Assembly (NCBI GenBank): GCA_965228475.1
Contig: OZ245817.1
Coordinates: 4,192,001 to 4,256,000 of the forward strand
DNA length: 64,000 bases
Source: Myxococcota bacterium
GTDB lineage: Bacteria > Myxococcota_A > UBA9160 > JAFDDA01
Direction: 5' to 3'
Position 1 is the first letter of the stretch; every line of letters starts with the position of its first letter. Shown one piece after another: positions 1 through 8,994 of this stretch. The notes under the pieces were generated by a model. It had not been told where the DNA came from and ran no database searches. It was given only the letters and a program-made list of their open reading frames with translations. The translations under genes and the position numbers were made by a program.

Positions 1-1081
1 CCATGTTCCGGAAGAGCTCGGTCTTGCCCCAGATGATGGTCTGCTTGCCGAGGCGCAGGAACAGGCGCGAATCGAACAGGTTCAGATCGACGTAGGCCTC
101 GCGCAGCACGTACTCGTCCTGGCTCGCGCCGAAGTTCCACTCGAGCTCGCTCTGGGTGAAGTTCTGGTCGTAGCGGTCGAGGTTGTGCTTCGCGTCGAGG
201 CGGCGGAAGGCGGCCGAGGGGTTGAACAGACCCCGCCCGACGCGCGTGGAGTCCGTGTACTGGATCCCGCCGGCGGGAACGGCGGGGCGGAAGGGCAGCC
301 CCGGGCTCGACTGGTTCGCGACCGAGGCCAGCAGCCCGACGTTGGTGATCCGGTCCTTGGGCCGCCACATCAGGATCGTGGCGTCGGCACCCGAGGCATC
401 GCCGCCCGAGGTGGTGAAGGCGTCCTGCTTGATGGCGAAGCGGTAGTCGAGCAGCGGCGCGAAGGCCGTGTTGAAGGAGAAGTTCGGCCCGAGGATCTCG
501 AAGGGCGGCGTGTCGGCGATGCCGACCAGCCGGCTCGTGCGCTCCCGCGGCGTGTCGAAGGGCAGGAAGCGTCCGGGGCCATCCGGGGTCGCCGGGTCTG
601 CGTCCTCGAGGAACAGGTTCGCCGCGGGCGTCTGGTGGTACGGATCGCCCGGGTTCACCGGGTTGAGCAGCGGGTCGTCGCCGACGAAACCGTTGCGCTT
701 GCCGTCGCGGTAGCGCGAGGGGATCCCCTTGGCCCGGTCGCCGTAGGTGTCGGCGGAGGGGAAGACGCCGCAGCCGCGCCGCCACACGCAGTCGTAGCTG
801 GCCTCGATGCGGAAGAAGACCGAGGCGTCGTCGAAGATCGAGATGGGCTCGTCGAAGAGCGTCACCTCGGCTTCGAGCTGGAGGATGTGCTTCCACTGGG
901 ACAGATCCCACTCGTGGCGGAAGTCCTGGTTCAGGGTCCGGAACTGCATCTCGTAGGCGCCGTGGATCTCGACCCGGCCGTCGGCCAGCTCGATGGCACC
1001 CGAAGGGAAGCTCGCGAGGAGCGACGCTCCCAACGAGAGGACGCCGAAGCCACGCCCGAAGTCGAAGTCGCGCGAACCCAT
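1..1081 (-). CDS. DUF1302-like outer-membrane beta-barrel protein (3' end runs off the window)
   Basis: Not in the ORF track; translated by hand. ATG at 1081 after GGAGGAG; MGSRDFDFGRGFGVLSLGASLLASFPSGAIELADGRVEIHGAYEMQFR...LREAYVDLNLFDSRLFLRLGKQTIIWGKTELF. The LREAY-D...LRLGKQ-I-WG motif is typical of DUF1302-type porins. Confidence 0.7.
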   Translation of the reverse strand, partial: MGSRDFDFGRGFGVLSLGASLLASFPSGAIELADGRVEIHGAYEMQFRTLNQDFRHEWDLSQWKHILQLEAEVTLFDEPISIFDDASVFFRIEASYDCVWRRGCGVFPSADTYGDRAKGIPSRYRDGKRNGFVGDDPLLNPVNPGDPYHQTPAANLFLEDADPATPDGPGRFLPFDTPRERTSRLVGIADTPPFEILGPNFSFNTAFAPLLDYRFAIKQDAFTTSGGDASGADATILMWRPKDRITNVGLLASVANQSSPGLPFRPAVPAGGIQYTDSTRVGRGLFNPSAAFRRLDAKHNLDRYDQNFTQSELEWNFGASQDEYVLREAYVDLNLFDSRLFLRLGKQTIIWGKTELFRNM

Positions 1082-1316
1082 ACCGCTCCTCCCGCCTCGC
1101 CCCCTGCGAGACGAAAGTGCAAGCGTCGTGCCCGGGCTCGGGTTGCGCTGTTCGTACGGAGCCCTGCCTGCCGCCCCACGCCGGGGCGGCGTGTCACGTC
1201 ATGCGAGCTATTTCGTCACGCTGCAGTGTCGCAGGTGCACCGTGCGCACGATGGCGCCGCCGCGAGGCGCTGGGATAGATTCAAGCCAGATCGAGAAGAC
1301 CCGGAGTCGCCAAGCC

Positions 1317-1739
1317 ATGCCTGCTCTCCGCACCACCGCGATCGCATCCCTCGTCCTGCTGCTCGGCCTGCTCCCGGGCTGCCGCAGCGCCGAGGAGCGC
1401 CGCCTGCAGGCGGCGCGCGGCCTCTACGACCAGTACTGCTCCGGCTGCCACGGGCTCTCGGAAACCGGGCCCGCGCCCGTGGCCGGGCTCGGCTTCGAAC
1501 CGGCAGACCTGCGCCGGCTGCACGAGCGCTACGACAGGCCCCTCGACCGGACCCGCGTCGCGGCGTACATCGACGGCCGCCACGGCGGTGCCTCCGAGAC
1601 GACGCGAGCCATGCCGGTCTGGGGCGAGAAACTCTACGAGCAGTTCCCGGAGAGCGTCGAGGTCGACGAGATGCGCGCCGGCACCATCGATCTCCTGATC
1701 GACTATCTGGATTCGATCCAGGAGCCCGAGGCGGACTGA
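1317..1739 (+). CDS. Monoheme c-type cytochrome, lipoprotein
   Basis: Signal with lipobox-like LPGC; CSGCH heme motif; distal AMPVWG Met ligand. Start moved from 993 to ATG 1317. Confidence 0.85.
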   Translation: MPALRTTAIASLVLLLGLLPGCRSAEERRLQAARGLYDQYCSGCHGLSETGPAPVAGLGFEPADLRRLHERYDRPLDRTRVAAYIDGRHGGASETTRAMPVWGEKLYEQFPESVEVDEMRAGTIDLLIDYLDSIQEPEAD

Positions 1740-1754
1740 GGCCACGCGGAACGC

Positions 1755-2159
1755 TCAGGCCTGCTTCGCGAGTCCCTTCAGCACGAGCTGGTCGTAGGTG
1801 ACGATGCCCTGGATCTCGTCCCCGGCGATCACGGGCGCCGTCGAGATGCCGAAGCTGTGGAAGAGCCGCGCGCAGTAGCGGATGTCCATCTCCGGCTTCA
1901 CCGAGATCACGGGCTTCGACATGATCTCGTAGACGTTCGTCCGCTCGGGCGAGCGGTGCGGCGCCAGGACGTGCTCGGCGATGTCCCGGATCAGCACGAT
2001 GCCGAACTCGTCGTCGGCGTGGCGCTTGGCGACGATCAGGCAGTGCGCGTTCGTCTTCGTGAGGATCGCCAGCGCTTCGTCCACGGTGGCGACGCCGTCG
2101 ACGGTGGAGAACTCCCGCTCCATCACGTCGGCGACCCGGATGACGTTGCTCTCGCTCAC
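1755..2159 (-). CDS. CBS-pair domain protein
   Basis: VADVM...FGIVLIRDI...VYEIMSKPVISV...GIVTYDQL; overlaps the PII gene stop by 4 bp. Confidence 0.9.
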   Translation of the reverse strand: MSESNVIRVADVMEREFSTVDGVATVDEALAILTKTNAHCLIVAKRHADDEFGIVLIRDIAEHVLAPHRSPERTNVYEIMSKPVISVKPEMDIRYCARLFHSFGISTAPVIAGDEIQGIVTYDQLVLKGLAKQA

Positions 2160-2509
2160 AGCTCCTCCTTCCGCAGGCTCGGCGTGATGCTCTCGACCTG
2201 GTGGGCCACGCCGACCGCGTCCTCCACGTCGACCTGGAAGGCGATCCCCGTCCCCGGGGTGGCGTCGAACTCCCCGGCCTTCCCAACGGTCTCCAGGATG
2301 TTCCGCGCCCGGTGCTCCTCGACGAGCAGCAGGATCACGTCCCGCTGCGTTTCGAGGCTCAGCCCGAGGAAGGTCTTCTTCTTCTTGAGCCCCTCGCCGC
2401 GCGCGTTGGTCAGCACGGTACAGCCGGTCGCGCCGGCATCCCGGGCGGCCTGGGTGACCGTGCCCGTCAGGTGGTCGTCCACCATGGCGACCAACAGCTT
2501 GAATCTCAT
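2156..2509 (-). CDS. P-II family signal protein (DUF1538-associated type)
   Basis: [12 protein letters not shown]...AARDAGATGCTVLTNARGEG...PGTGIAFQVDVEDAVG; ATGA overlap with the upstream gene. Confidence 0.88.
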   Translation of the reverse strand: MRFKLLVAMVDDHLTGTVTQAARDAGATGCTVLTNARGEGLKKKKTFLGLSLETQRDVILLLVEEHRARNILETVGKAGEFDATPGTGIAFQVDVEDAVGVAHQVESITPSLRKEEL

Positions 2510-3315
2510 GTTCGATCCTCCTCGGACGCTAGCCGATCGTCGTCCTTCGCCGCCCGAGTGCGGGCGCGCGCAGCCCTCCATTCCGAGGCCTGCGCGTACG
2601 TCATCACCGTCATCATGGGAAAGAGGCTCGCGAAGGCGATCAGTCCGAAACCGTCGAGCAGCGGGCTTCGGCCGGGAAGCGCCTCCGCGAGGCCGAGCCC
2701 GAGCGCGGCGACCAGCGGAACCGTCACCGTCGAGGTGGTGACCCCGCCCGAGTCGTAGGCGAGCGGCACGATCCGCTTCGGCGCGAAGAGCGTCTGGATG
2801 ACGACCACCACGTATCCGACCCCGATGAAGTAGTGGAGCGGCGTACCGAGCACGATGCGCACCACGCCGAGGCTGATGCCGATCGCGACCCCGATCGCCA
2901 CGGCGATCCGCAGGCCGAACGCCGGCATCGCGCCGCCGGAGAGGTCTTCGGCCTTCAGCGCCACCGCGATCAGCGCCGGCTCCGCGATGGTCGTACTGAA
3001 GCCGATCGCGAAGGCGAAGGCGTAGACCCAGAGGAAGGCCATCGGGTCGATCGTGCCGGCCTCGAGCGCCTCGACCTGCGGCGCCATCAGCTGGGCCGCC
3101 ATGGTCCGGCCGAGCGGGAACACGGCCTGCTCGAGACCCAGCAGGAAGAGCACCAGCCCGGCCAGGACGAACCCGACGCCCTGCAGGAGGCGCATCGGGT
3201 CGGGTAGCCGTTCGCGCAGCACGAACAGCCGGAAGAACGCGAGGATCGCGACGATGGGGAGGACGTCGCGCAGGGTCGACAGCGTGGTCCCGAGCAGCTC
3301 GCCGAGGAACGTCAT
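2506..3315 (-). CDS. DUF1538 family membrane protein
   Basis: Multi-[19 protein letters not shown] and [11 protein letters not shown] motifs. Confidence 0.9.
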   Translation of the reverse strand: MTFLGELLGTTLSTLRDVLPIVAILAFFRLFVLRERLPDPMRLLQGVGFVLAGLVLFLLGLEQAVFPLGRTMAAQLMAPQVEALEAGTIDPMAFLWVYAFAFAIGFSTTIAEPALIAVALKAEDLSGGAMPAFGLRIAVAIGVAIGISLGVVRIVLGTPLHYFIGVGYVVVVIQTLFAPKRIVPLAYDSGGVTTSTVTVPLVAALGLGLAEALPGRSPLLDGFGLIAFASLFPMMTVMTYAQASEWRAARARTRAAKDDDRLASEEDRT

Positions 3316-4046
3316 CCGATCCAGATCCCGTAGAACAGGACGAAGGCGATCGGCGTGAGCGAGGCGAAGGCGATCAGCCCGAACCCGTCGAGAACGGGGT
3401 TGCGGCCCTCGATCGAGGAGGCGAGCCCCACCCCGAGGGCCGTCACCAGCGGCACCGTGATGGTGGAGGTCGTGACGCCTCCGGAGTCGTAGGCGATGCC
3501 GATGATCTCCTGGGGCGCGAAGCCCGTCATCACGATCACCAGCAGGTAGCCCCCGGCGATCATGAGATGGATGGGCCAGCCGGTAAGGATGCGGAGGACG
3601 CCGATCACGAGGGCCACGCCGACGCCCAGGGCCACCGTCAGCCGAAGGCCCACCGCGTAGCTCTCGCGTGCGGACTCCGTGTCCTCGATGGCGCCCGCCC
3701 CGGCCGCGACCTCCCCCGCTTCCGCCGCGATGGCGATGAGCGCCGGCTCGGCGACGGTGGTGCCGAAGCCGAGCGCGAAGGAGAACGCGAGGAGCCAGCC
3801 GAGGGAGCCCTTGCGCGCGAAGGAGTGGGCCATGGCCTCGCCGATCGGAAAGAGCCCGAGGTCGAGGCCGCGCACGAAGAACGCCAGGCCCAGCAGGACC
3901 ATGAACAGGCCGAACAAGACGTTCGCGAGATCGGGAAACGGCTGGCGCACCACCAGCAGCTGGAACAGCGAGATGACGCCGACGATCGGCGCGAGGTCAC
4001 GGGCACTCCCCGAGAGGAGCCGCAGGAGAGATCGCAACCCAGACAC
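3312..4046 (-). CDS. DUF1538 family membrane protein (paralog)
   Basis: [21 protein letters not shown] and [11 protein letters not shown] motifs; start uncertain (GTG 4046 or 4106). Confidence 0.88.
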   Translation of the reverse strand: MSGLRSLLRLLSGSARDLAPIVGVISLFQLLVVRQPFPDLANVLFGLFMVLLGLAFFVRGLDLGLFPIGEAMAHSFARKGSLGWLLAFSFALGFGTTVAEPALIAIAAEAGEVAAGAGAIEDTESARESYAVGLRLTVALGVGVALVIGVLRILTGWPIHLMIAGGYLLVIVMTGFAPQEIIGIAYDSGGVTTSTITVPLVTALGVGLASSIEGRNPVLDGFGLIAFASLTPIAFVLFYGIWIG

Positions 4047-4215
4047 GCCGCGGAAGATGTCCTCTTCGCGCGCGGGGCGCCACGGAAGTCGGGGGCTCGC
4101 CCGCACTCCGGCAGACCCGCTGCGGGGGATGCCCCGCCACGGACACGAGAGTGCCGTGACGGGGCGCCCCGATCGGCGCTTCGGGTTGTATGGGAAGGAA
4201 GAGCGCCTTGCGGGG

Positions 4216-5022
4216 TCAGGAGCTCCGGCGACGCACGATCGCGGCGACGCCCAGCGTCGCGATCAGGGCCAGCACCGACGGCTCGGGAACCGCCTCGGAG
4301 TTCAGCGCCTCGCCCTCCCAGGTGAGGCCGCCGAACAGCGCGACGCCGAAGGCGCTGAAATCGACCGGGCTGCTGGCGGCGCCGGTCACCGGATCCACCA
4401 CGTACACCGAATTGCCGTAGGTCCCGTACAGGACCCCGTCGCTCCCTGTGGCGAGCCCGTAGACGTCCGGGATGCCGAAGCTGCCGACGAGGCTCGACGC
4501 GCCGGGGTTCGCCGGGTCCATCTGCACCAGGCGATCCGGGTCGCCCGAGAGCACCGGCTGGGCGGCCAGCAGGAGCTCACCCTGATGGAAGGTGAGGTCT
4601 CCCGAGGAGCTGAACGCGCTCAGACCGATCGAGGTCGCCTGGTTCGTGCCGCCGAGATCGACGGTGTACAGGTTGTTGTCGTTCCAGGCCGCCCCGTACA
4701 GCACCCCGCTGGCGTCGAAGGTGATCGCGTTCAGATCGTTCCCCATCGGGCCGAGCCAGGTCACCGCAGCGGTGCTGGTGTTGATGACGTAGAGGTCGTC
4801 GTTCCCGACACCGTAGAGCGTGCCGTCCGGCGCGAAGGCGATGTCCCAGATCGTGACGCCCATGGACCCGACGACCGTCGCCGTCCCCGCCCCTACGTCG
4901 AGGCGCGAGAGCTGACCCGCACCGTCCGACGCCCACAGGATGGGCGCCGCCTCCGCCGGTCGCGCGAACACCAGCGCGATGGCCAGCGCGAACCAGCGAA
5001 GGGCCGGGCTCGGGCGCTTCAT
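4216..5022 (-). CDS. PEP-CTERM surface protein with beta-propeller-like repeats
   Basis: Signal ending AEA; repeats [12 protein letters not shown] / [12 protein letters not shown] / [12 protein letters not shown]-terminal [22 protein letters not shown]. Confidence 0.88.
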   Translation of the reverse strand: MKRPSPALRWFALAIALVFARPAEAAPILWASDGAGQLSRLDVGAGTATVVGSMGVTIWDIAFAPDGTLYGVGNDDLYVINTSTAAVTWLGPMGNDLNAITFDASGVLYGAAWNDNNLYTVDLGGTNQATSIGLSAFSSSGDLTFHQGELLLAAQPVLSGDPDRLVQMDPANPGASSLVGSFGIPDVYGLATGSDGVLYGTYGNSVYVVDPVTGAASSPVDFSAFGVALFGGLTWEGEALNSEAVPEPSVLALIATLGVAAIVRRRSS

Positions 5023-6542
5023 CGGGCCGCCCGCCCGCGGCCGGCGCGCACGGCCAGCAGCAACGCGCCGAGACCGAGCAACGCCGCGCTGCCGGGCTCG
5101 GGCACCGCCGCCTCGAAGACCGTGACGCTCCAGTTGTCGTAGTCGGCAACGAAGTCGAGCAGCGCACCGCCGTTGTTCCCCGAGTTCGCGATCTTGAAGC
5201 CGAAGGTCATGCTCGCGCCACCGGCCGAGAAGTCGAGCGGCGGCTCGCCACCGGTGCCGAAGGGCACGGTGAACTGGTTGGCCGTGAGCACGGGCGACGT
5301 CAGCCGCTCCCAGCGTCCGCGGATCCCGCTGAAGCCGAAGGAGACCGAGTAGCGCGTACCGCCCTGGAGGATGTAGCCGCTGACCTCCTGGCCCTGGGAA
5401 CCGCCGCCGAACTGCGGGAAGGCGCGCGCGTCGATGCTGAACTGCACACCGGAGACGGCGCCGTCGGTGCCCGGGTCCCAGGTCGCCAGGGAGTTCTCGA
5501 GGAAGACCTGGACGTTCGAGAGCGTGTCGAGCGTGGTCGTGACCTCGAAGTACGGGTCCGGGTTGGTCCCGCTGCTCCCGCCGGTGGCCACGATCGTCGA
5601 GCTCCCGGTCGAGGCGTGGCCGGGGACCGTCTCGAAGCTCGTCGACCAGTGGGGACCGAAGTCCTGGTCTTCGAAGATCGTCGCGGCCGTGGCGGGCGCC
5701 GCGAGGAACGATCCGGCAAGCACGGCCACGAGGGCGCCCCGCCGACTCTTCCGCCGAAGCGAACCGCCCAACGCGAGCACGGCGAACCCACCCAGCAGCG
5801 CGATCGGAGACGGCTCCGGAACGGCGATCAGGTTGATCGTGGCGGTCGACGTGCGCGAGAAGAAAACGCCGATGGAGGAGCCGTCGGAGAGCGTTCCGAC
5901 GATCGTGCCGTTCGGATCGCTGATCGCGCCGAAGGCCCGGTTGAAGCTCGTGCCGTAGATGTTGATCACGGCATCGTTGGCAGCCTTGAGGTCGGTCCCC
6001 ACCCCGAAGGCTCCGCCGAAGATGTCGATCGTGCCGTTGGCCGAGGCGGTGACGAGCGAAGAGTCGATCGAGCCGCCGGTGATGGTTGCCGAGCCGGTGT
6101 CGAACACCGTGATCAGGTCGTCGATCACGCCGCCGGAGACGTCGAGCGTAGAGTTCCCGGCGACCTCGAGCGTGCCCGAGACCGTGCCGCCGGAGATCGA
6201 AGCCGAGGAGTCGTCTTCGAGGAAGATCTCGAAGGCGTCCCCGCCGTCGATCACGAGTTCGGAGTCGTCGAACATGAGGAAGAAGCCACCGGCCTGGCCG
6301 GACCCGAGCAGACGGATCAGCGCCGTGTCGTTGCCGTCGGCGCTGTCGATGACGCCACCGCTCACGATGTCGACCTGGGCCGTGCCCGAAGCGAAGACGT
6401 CATCGGGACTGATGGCGGTGGAAACGATGTGGAGTCCACTCGAGACCGTGAGGGCATGGGAGTTGGCTGCCGGAAGCAACACGAAGGCGGCAGCGAGGCA
6501 CGCCAGCGGGAGCGAGCGGCGGAGCGTGGTGAGTGAGGACAT
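5019..6542 (-). CDS. Double PEP-CTERM protein (two tandem signal-domain-PEP-CTERM units in one ORF)
   Basis: ATG 6542 after AGGAG; signal MSSLTTLRRSLPLACLAAAFVLLPAANSHA; Gly-rich beta-helix-like repeats; internal VPEPSPIALLGGFAVLALGGSLRRKSRR; second hydrophobic segment ending APATA; terminal VPEPGSAALLGLGALLLAVRAGRGR. Confidence 0.85.
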   Translation of the reverse strand: MSSLTTLRRSLPLACLAAAFVLLPAANSHALTVSSGLHIVSTAISPDDVFASGTAQVDIVSGGVIDSADGNDTALIRLLGSGQAGGFFLMFDDSELVIDGGDAFEIFLEDDSSASISGGTVSGTLEVAGNSTLDVSGGVIDDLITVFDTGSATITGGSIDSSLVTASANGTIDIFGGAFGVGTDLKAANDAVINIYGTSFNRAFGAISDPNGTIVGTLSDGSSIGVFFSRTSTATINLIAVPEPSPIALLGGFAVLALGGSLRRKSRRGALVAVLAGSFLAAPATAATIFEDQDFGPHWSTSFETVPGHASTGSSTIVATGGSSGTNPDPYFEVTTTLDTLSNVQVFLENSLATWDPGTDGAVSGVQFSIDARAFPQFGGGSQGQEVSGYILQGGTRYSVSFGFSGIRGRWERLTSPVLTANQFTVPFGTGGEPPLDFSAGGASMTFGFKIANSGNNGGALLDFVADYDNWSVTVFEAAVPEPGSAALLGLGALLLAVRAGRGRAAR

Positions 6543-6649
6543 GATCGATTCTCCTGACGGATCGGGGGTCAGACCCGGCCGGGCCGGGCCCTGCGCGAGG
6601 CCAGCCGGTGCCGGCCCCGCGCGGTGGAAGAAAGAAAGGGTGGAAACCC

Positions 6650-7435
6650 TCAGCACTGGCCGCCGCCGCGGCGGCCGCGGCCGAACCAGGCGAGACCGAG
6701 CAAGCCGCTGGTCAGCAGCGCCAGGGAGCCCGGCTCCGGCACGGCCAGCCCGATGCTCGAGGGGAAGCCACCGAAGGCCGTGAGGTCCGCGATGTCGCCG
6801 TACTCGAACATGTAGAGCTCGGCTTCGCTCGCGCCCTGGTTCGAATCACCGAAGGCCGCGATGCCGTTCACCGGCGAGCCGGGGCCGTTGACCGCGAAGC
6901 CGCTGAGGACTGTGGTCCCATCGATGATCAGATCGGCGATGGGATTGCCGCCGTTGTCGTCGGTGACGACGCGGTAGTGGTGGAAGTTGCCGTCCGTGAC
7001 GTTGAACACGACGGTGTTGCCGTTCACGATCAGCTTGTCTTCGTCGAAGCCGATCGTGACACCGACGTTCGTGTCCGCGATCGCGGCGTAGTAGCCCTGG
7101 CTTCCGTTGGCCCCGTCCGTCGAGGACGTGAGCCGAAGGCCGATCTCCATGTAGTAGTCGCCGGTGGTGAAGTCACCGCCGGGGACGAAGGAGCCGGTCC
7201 ACCACAACTGGTCCGAGGTCGTCGTGACCGTGTGATAGGTGTCGTTCACCATCTGGGCCGTACTCGAGCCCGTGGTGCCGCCACCGGGGAACCAACCGTA
7301 GGTGCCGGGGTCGACGTCCACACCGCCGAACCAGATGTCGTTGTCGGCCAGGTAGTTGAATGAAGCGGCCGAGGCCGGGCCCGCCGCCGACAGCCCGACG
7401 AGGGCGGCGGCCAGGCAGAAGATGCGAAGTCGCAT
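6650..7435 (-). CDS. PEP-CTERM surface protein (possible concanavalin/LamG-like beta-sandwich)
   Basis: ATG 7435 after AAGGAG; signal ending ASA; TDGNFHHYRVV segment; C-terminal VPEPGSLALLTSGLLGLAWFGRGRR. Confidence 0.88.
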   Translation of the reverse strand: MRLRIFCLAAALVGLSAAGPASAASFNYLADNDIWFGGVDVDPGTYGWFPGGGTTGSSTAQMVNDTYHTVTTTSDQLWWTGSFVPGGDFTTGDYYMEIGLRLTSSTDGANGSQGYYAAIADTNVGVTIGFDEDKLIVNGNTVVFNVTDGNFHHYRVVTDDNGGNPIADLIIDGTTVLSGFAVNGPGSPVNGIAAFGDSNQGASEAELYMFEYGDIADLTAFGGFPSSIGLAVPEPGSLALLTSGLLGLAWFGRGRRGGGQC

Positions 7436-7528
7436 TGGGGTTCTCCTTCTCACGGGAAGGAGGAACAGCCCATCAGCGCGCCGGCGTCGCATCGACACCG
7501 GCGGCCCCTTCCCATGGCTCTGGGGAAG

Positions 7529-7544
7529 TGCAAGCACGGTGCCA
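7529..7544 (-). promoter_or_regulatory. Sigma54 (-24/-12) promoter of the PEP-CTERM operon
   Basis: Minus strand TGGCAC-CGTGC-TTGCA, an exact match to TGGCAC-N5-TTGCA, ~95 bp upstream of ATG 7435. Confidence 0.85.
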
Positions 7545-7547
7545 AAA

Positions 7548-7579
7548 ATGATCAGACGGTTACGTGATCAGATGATCCT
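7548..7579. promoter_or_regulatory. Two tandem 16-bp palindromic operator sites
   Basis: ATGATC-AGAC-GGTTAC (7548-7563) and GTGATC-AGAT-GATCCT (7564-7579), starting 3 bp upstream of the sigma54 -24 element. Confidence 0.65.
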
Positions 7580-7660
7580 ATTTTCGCTGGGGTTTTCGCG
7601 GGGCGCCCACAGGCCGAGCCAGCGAAGGGCCCGCGGATGGGAAGGAGAGTTCCGTTATTG

Positions 7661-7685
7661 GGAAAACCTGTTCGCATGATCAGGT
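7661..7685 (-). promoter_or_regulatory. Putative upstream activator (enhancer) site
   Basis: Minus strand ACCTGATCATGCGAACAGGTTTTCC, 20/25 identical to 13347-13371 and at the same distance from its sigma54 promoter. Confidence 0.65.
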
Positions 7686-7723
7686 CGGGGGCGCCGCCCG
7701 AATCCCGACCGCGGGACCCAGAC

Positions 7724-8410
7724 CTAGGAGCCGGAAGGCTCGGAGCCCGGCCCGGCCCCGGCGGGCGCCGCGGCGATCCGCGCCATCACCGACTCGAAGT
7801 GGTGTAGCGGGAGGTTCATGTCCATCGGGGTCCCGAGATCGAGCATTCGGACGTGCAGCGCGAACAGGCCGATCTCGATCATCTCCCAGGCCACGCGCAC
7901 GACGTCGATGTCCGCGCGGAACTCGCCCGCCTCGATCCCGTCCCGCAGCGTGGAAACGAGCAGATCCTCGAAGCGCGAGAGGGTCCGTTGGATCTCGCCG
8001 CGAATCATCGAATCTTGGGTGGCCTCGCCCATCAGGATGACGACCAGGTCGTCACCGCGCCGACGCTCTTTGCGAAGCTGCAGGGAGGCGAGCATCCGGA
8101 GCTTCATGGTCGCGGTGGCGTTGGCATCGTTCGCGAGACGCTCGGTCTCTTCGAGCAGCAATTCGTGCGCCCACTTCACCACGGCGCGCACCAAGTCGTC
8201 GCGAGTGCCGTAGATGCGGAAGATGTTGGCTGCCGAGCAGCCGGCGCGCTCGCCGACGGCGCGGACGCCCACGGACTGCACGGAACCCCGTGCAATGGCT
8301 TCCTCGACGAAAGCCATGATGACGACCTCTTGGCGCTCTTCCGCGGGCATCCGGGTGAAGGAGCGCTTCGGGGCGCGACGCACGTCTGTGCCGTCTTCGA
8401 GCGTCGCCAC
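7724..8410 (-). CDS. TetR/AcrR family transcriptional regulator
   Basis: GTG after GGAGGGGAG; HTH VGVRAVGERAGCSAANIFRIYGTRDDL; C-terminal GIEAGEFRADID. Confidence 0.9.
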   Translation of the reverse strand: MATLEDGTDVRRAPKRSFTRMPAEERQEVVIMAFVEEAIARGSVQSVGVRAVGERAGCSAANIFRIYGTRDDLVRAVVKWAHELLLEETERLANDANATATMKLRMLASLQLRKERRRGDDLVVILMGEATQDSMIRGEIQRTLSRFEDLLVSTLRDGIEAGEFRADIDVVRVAWEMIEIGLFALHVRMLDLGTPMDMNLPLHHFESVMARIAAAPAGAGPGSEPSGS

Positions 8411-8852
8411 GAACTCCCCTCCAGGTCAGCGTTGGCCCCGGCGCGAACCGGTCGGCGCGTTCCTTGCGCCTCCTTGAAAGTAACATGCTTGAGGGGGCGT
8501 GTATCGGCGGACTGGGGAGAGAGCGAAGGTTTGAACTCCAGCGACGCACTGTGACAGGTCGACCCGTTCGAATCGCCGTACGCCGGTACTTGCAGCGGGA
8601 CGTCGCTTCCTCGAACGGGCGAAACAGTTGCGCCTGCACCTTCGATGAACGAAGGCGTCCTGCGCGAACCGCGGAAGCCGGATACCCGCTTCGTTTTCGT
8701 CGATTCGGGTGGCGCATAACGGCGGGCTCGGAGTCCCTCCTCCGAAGCCGAGGTCCGAACACCATGAAGGGCGCTGGGCACGGCCTGCCCGGAGCGCGGG
8801 GCTCCGCCCGGACTTTCGTCGGGCCGGCCGGGATCCTCGAGACGCATCAGAT

Positions 8853-8868
8853 ATGATCGAGTGGTCAT
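8853..8868. promoter_or_regulatory. 16-bp palindromic operator site
   Basis: ATGATC-GAGT-GGTCAT, same family as the sites at 7548-7683, 8908, 11191, 11212, 13349 and 13468. Confidence 0.6.
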
Positions 8869-8894
8869 GTTTAAGGACTCCGGAGATCTGCTGC

Positions 8895-8936
8895 GCCCCG
8901 GACAAACATGATCGAATGATCATGTTTGTCCGGGGC
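8895..8936. repeat. Perfect 19-bp inverted repeat centred on an operator site
   Basis: GCCCCGGACAAACATGATC-GAAT-GATCATGTTTGTCCGGGGC; the core ATGATC-GAAT-GATCAT (8908-8923) is the most symmetric copy of the motif. Confidence 0.85.
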
Positions 8937-8994
8937 AGACGTTGAGGCTCACCCGGGGTCGTTCACCCGGGCCTGGGGCTCGTTGGGGAGGCGA

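Noticed and set aside
8411..8994. Small ORFs in the tetR to BPI-like gap (8176-8868, 8426-8923, 8464-8856, 8709-8945)
   Set aside because: They have no recognisable motifs, overlap each other and have atypical composition, so the gap is treated as non-coding.
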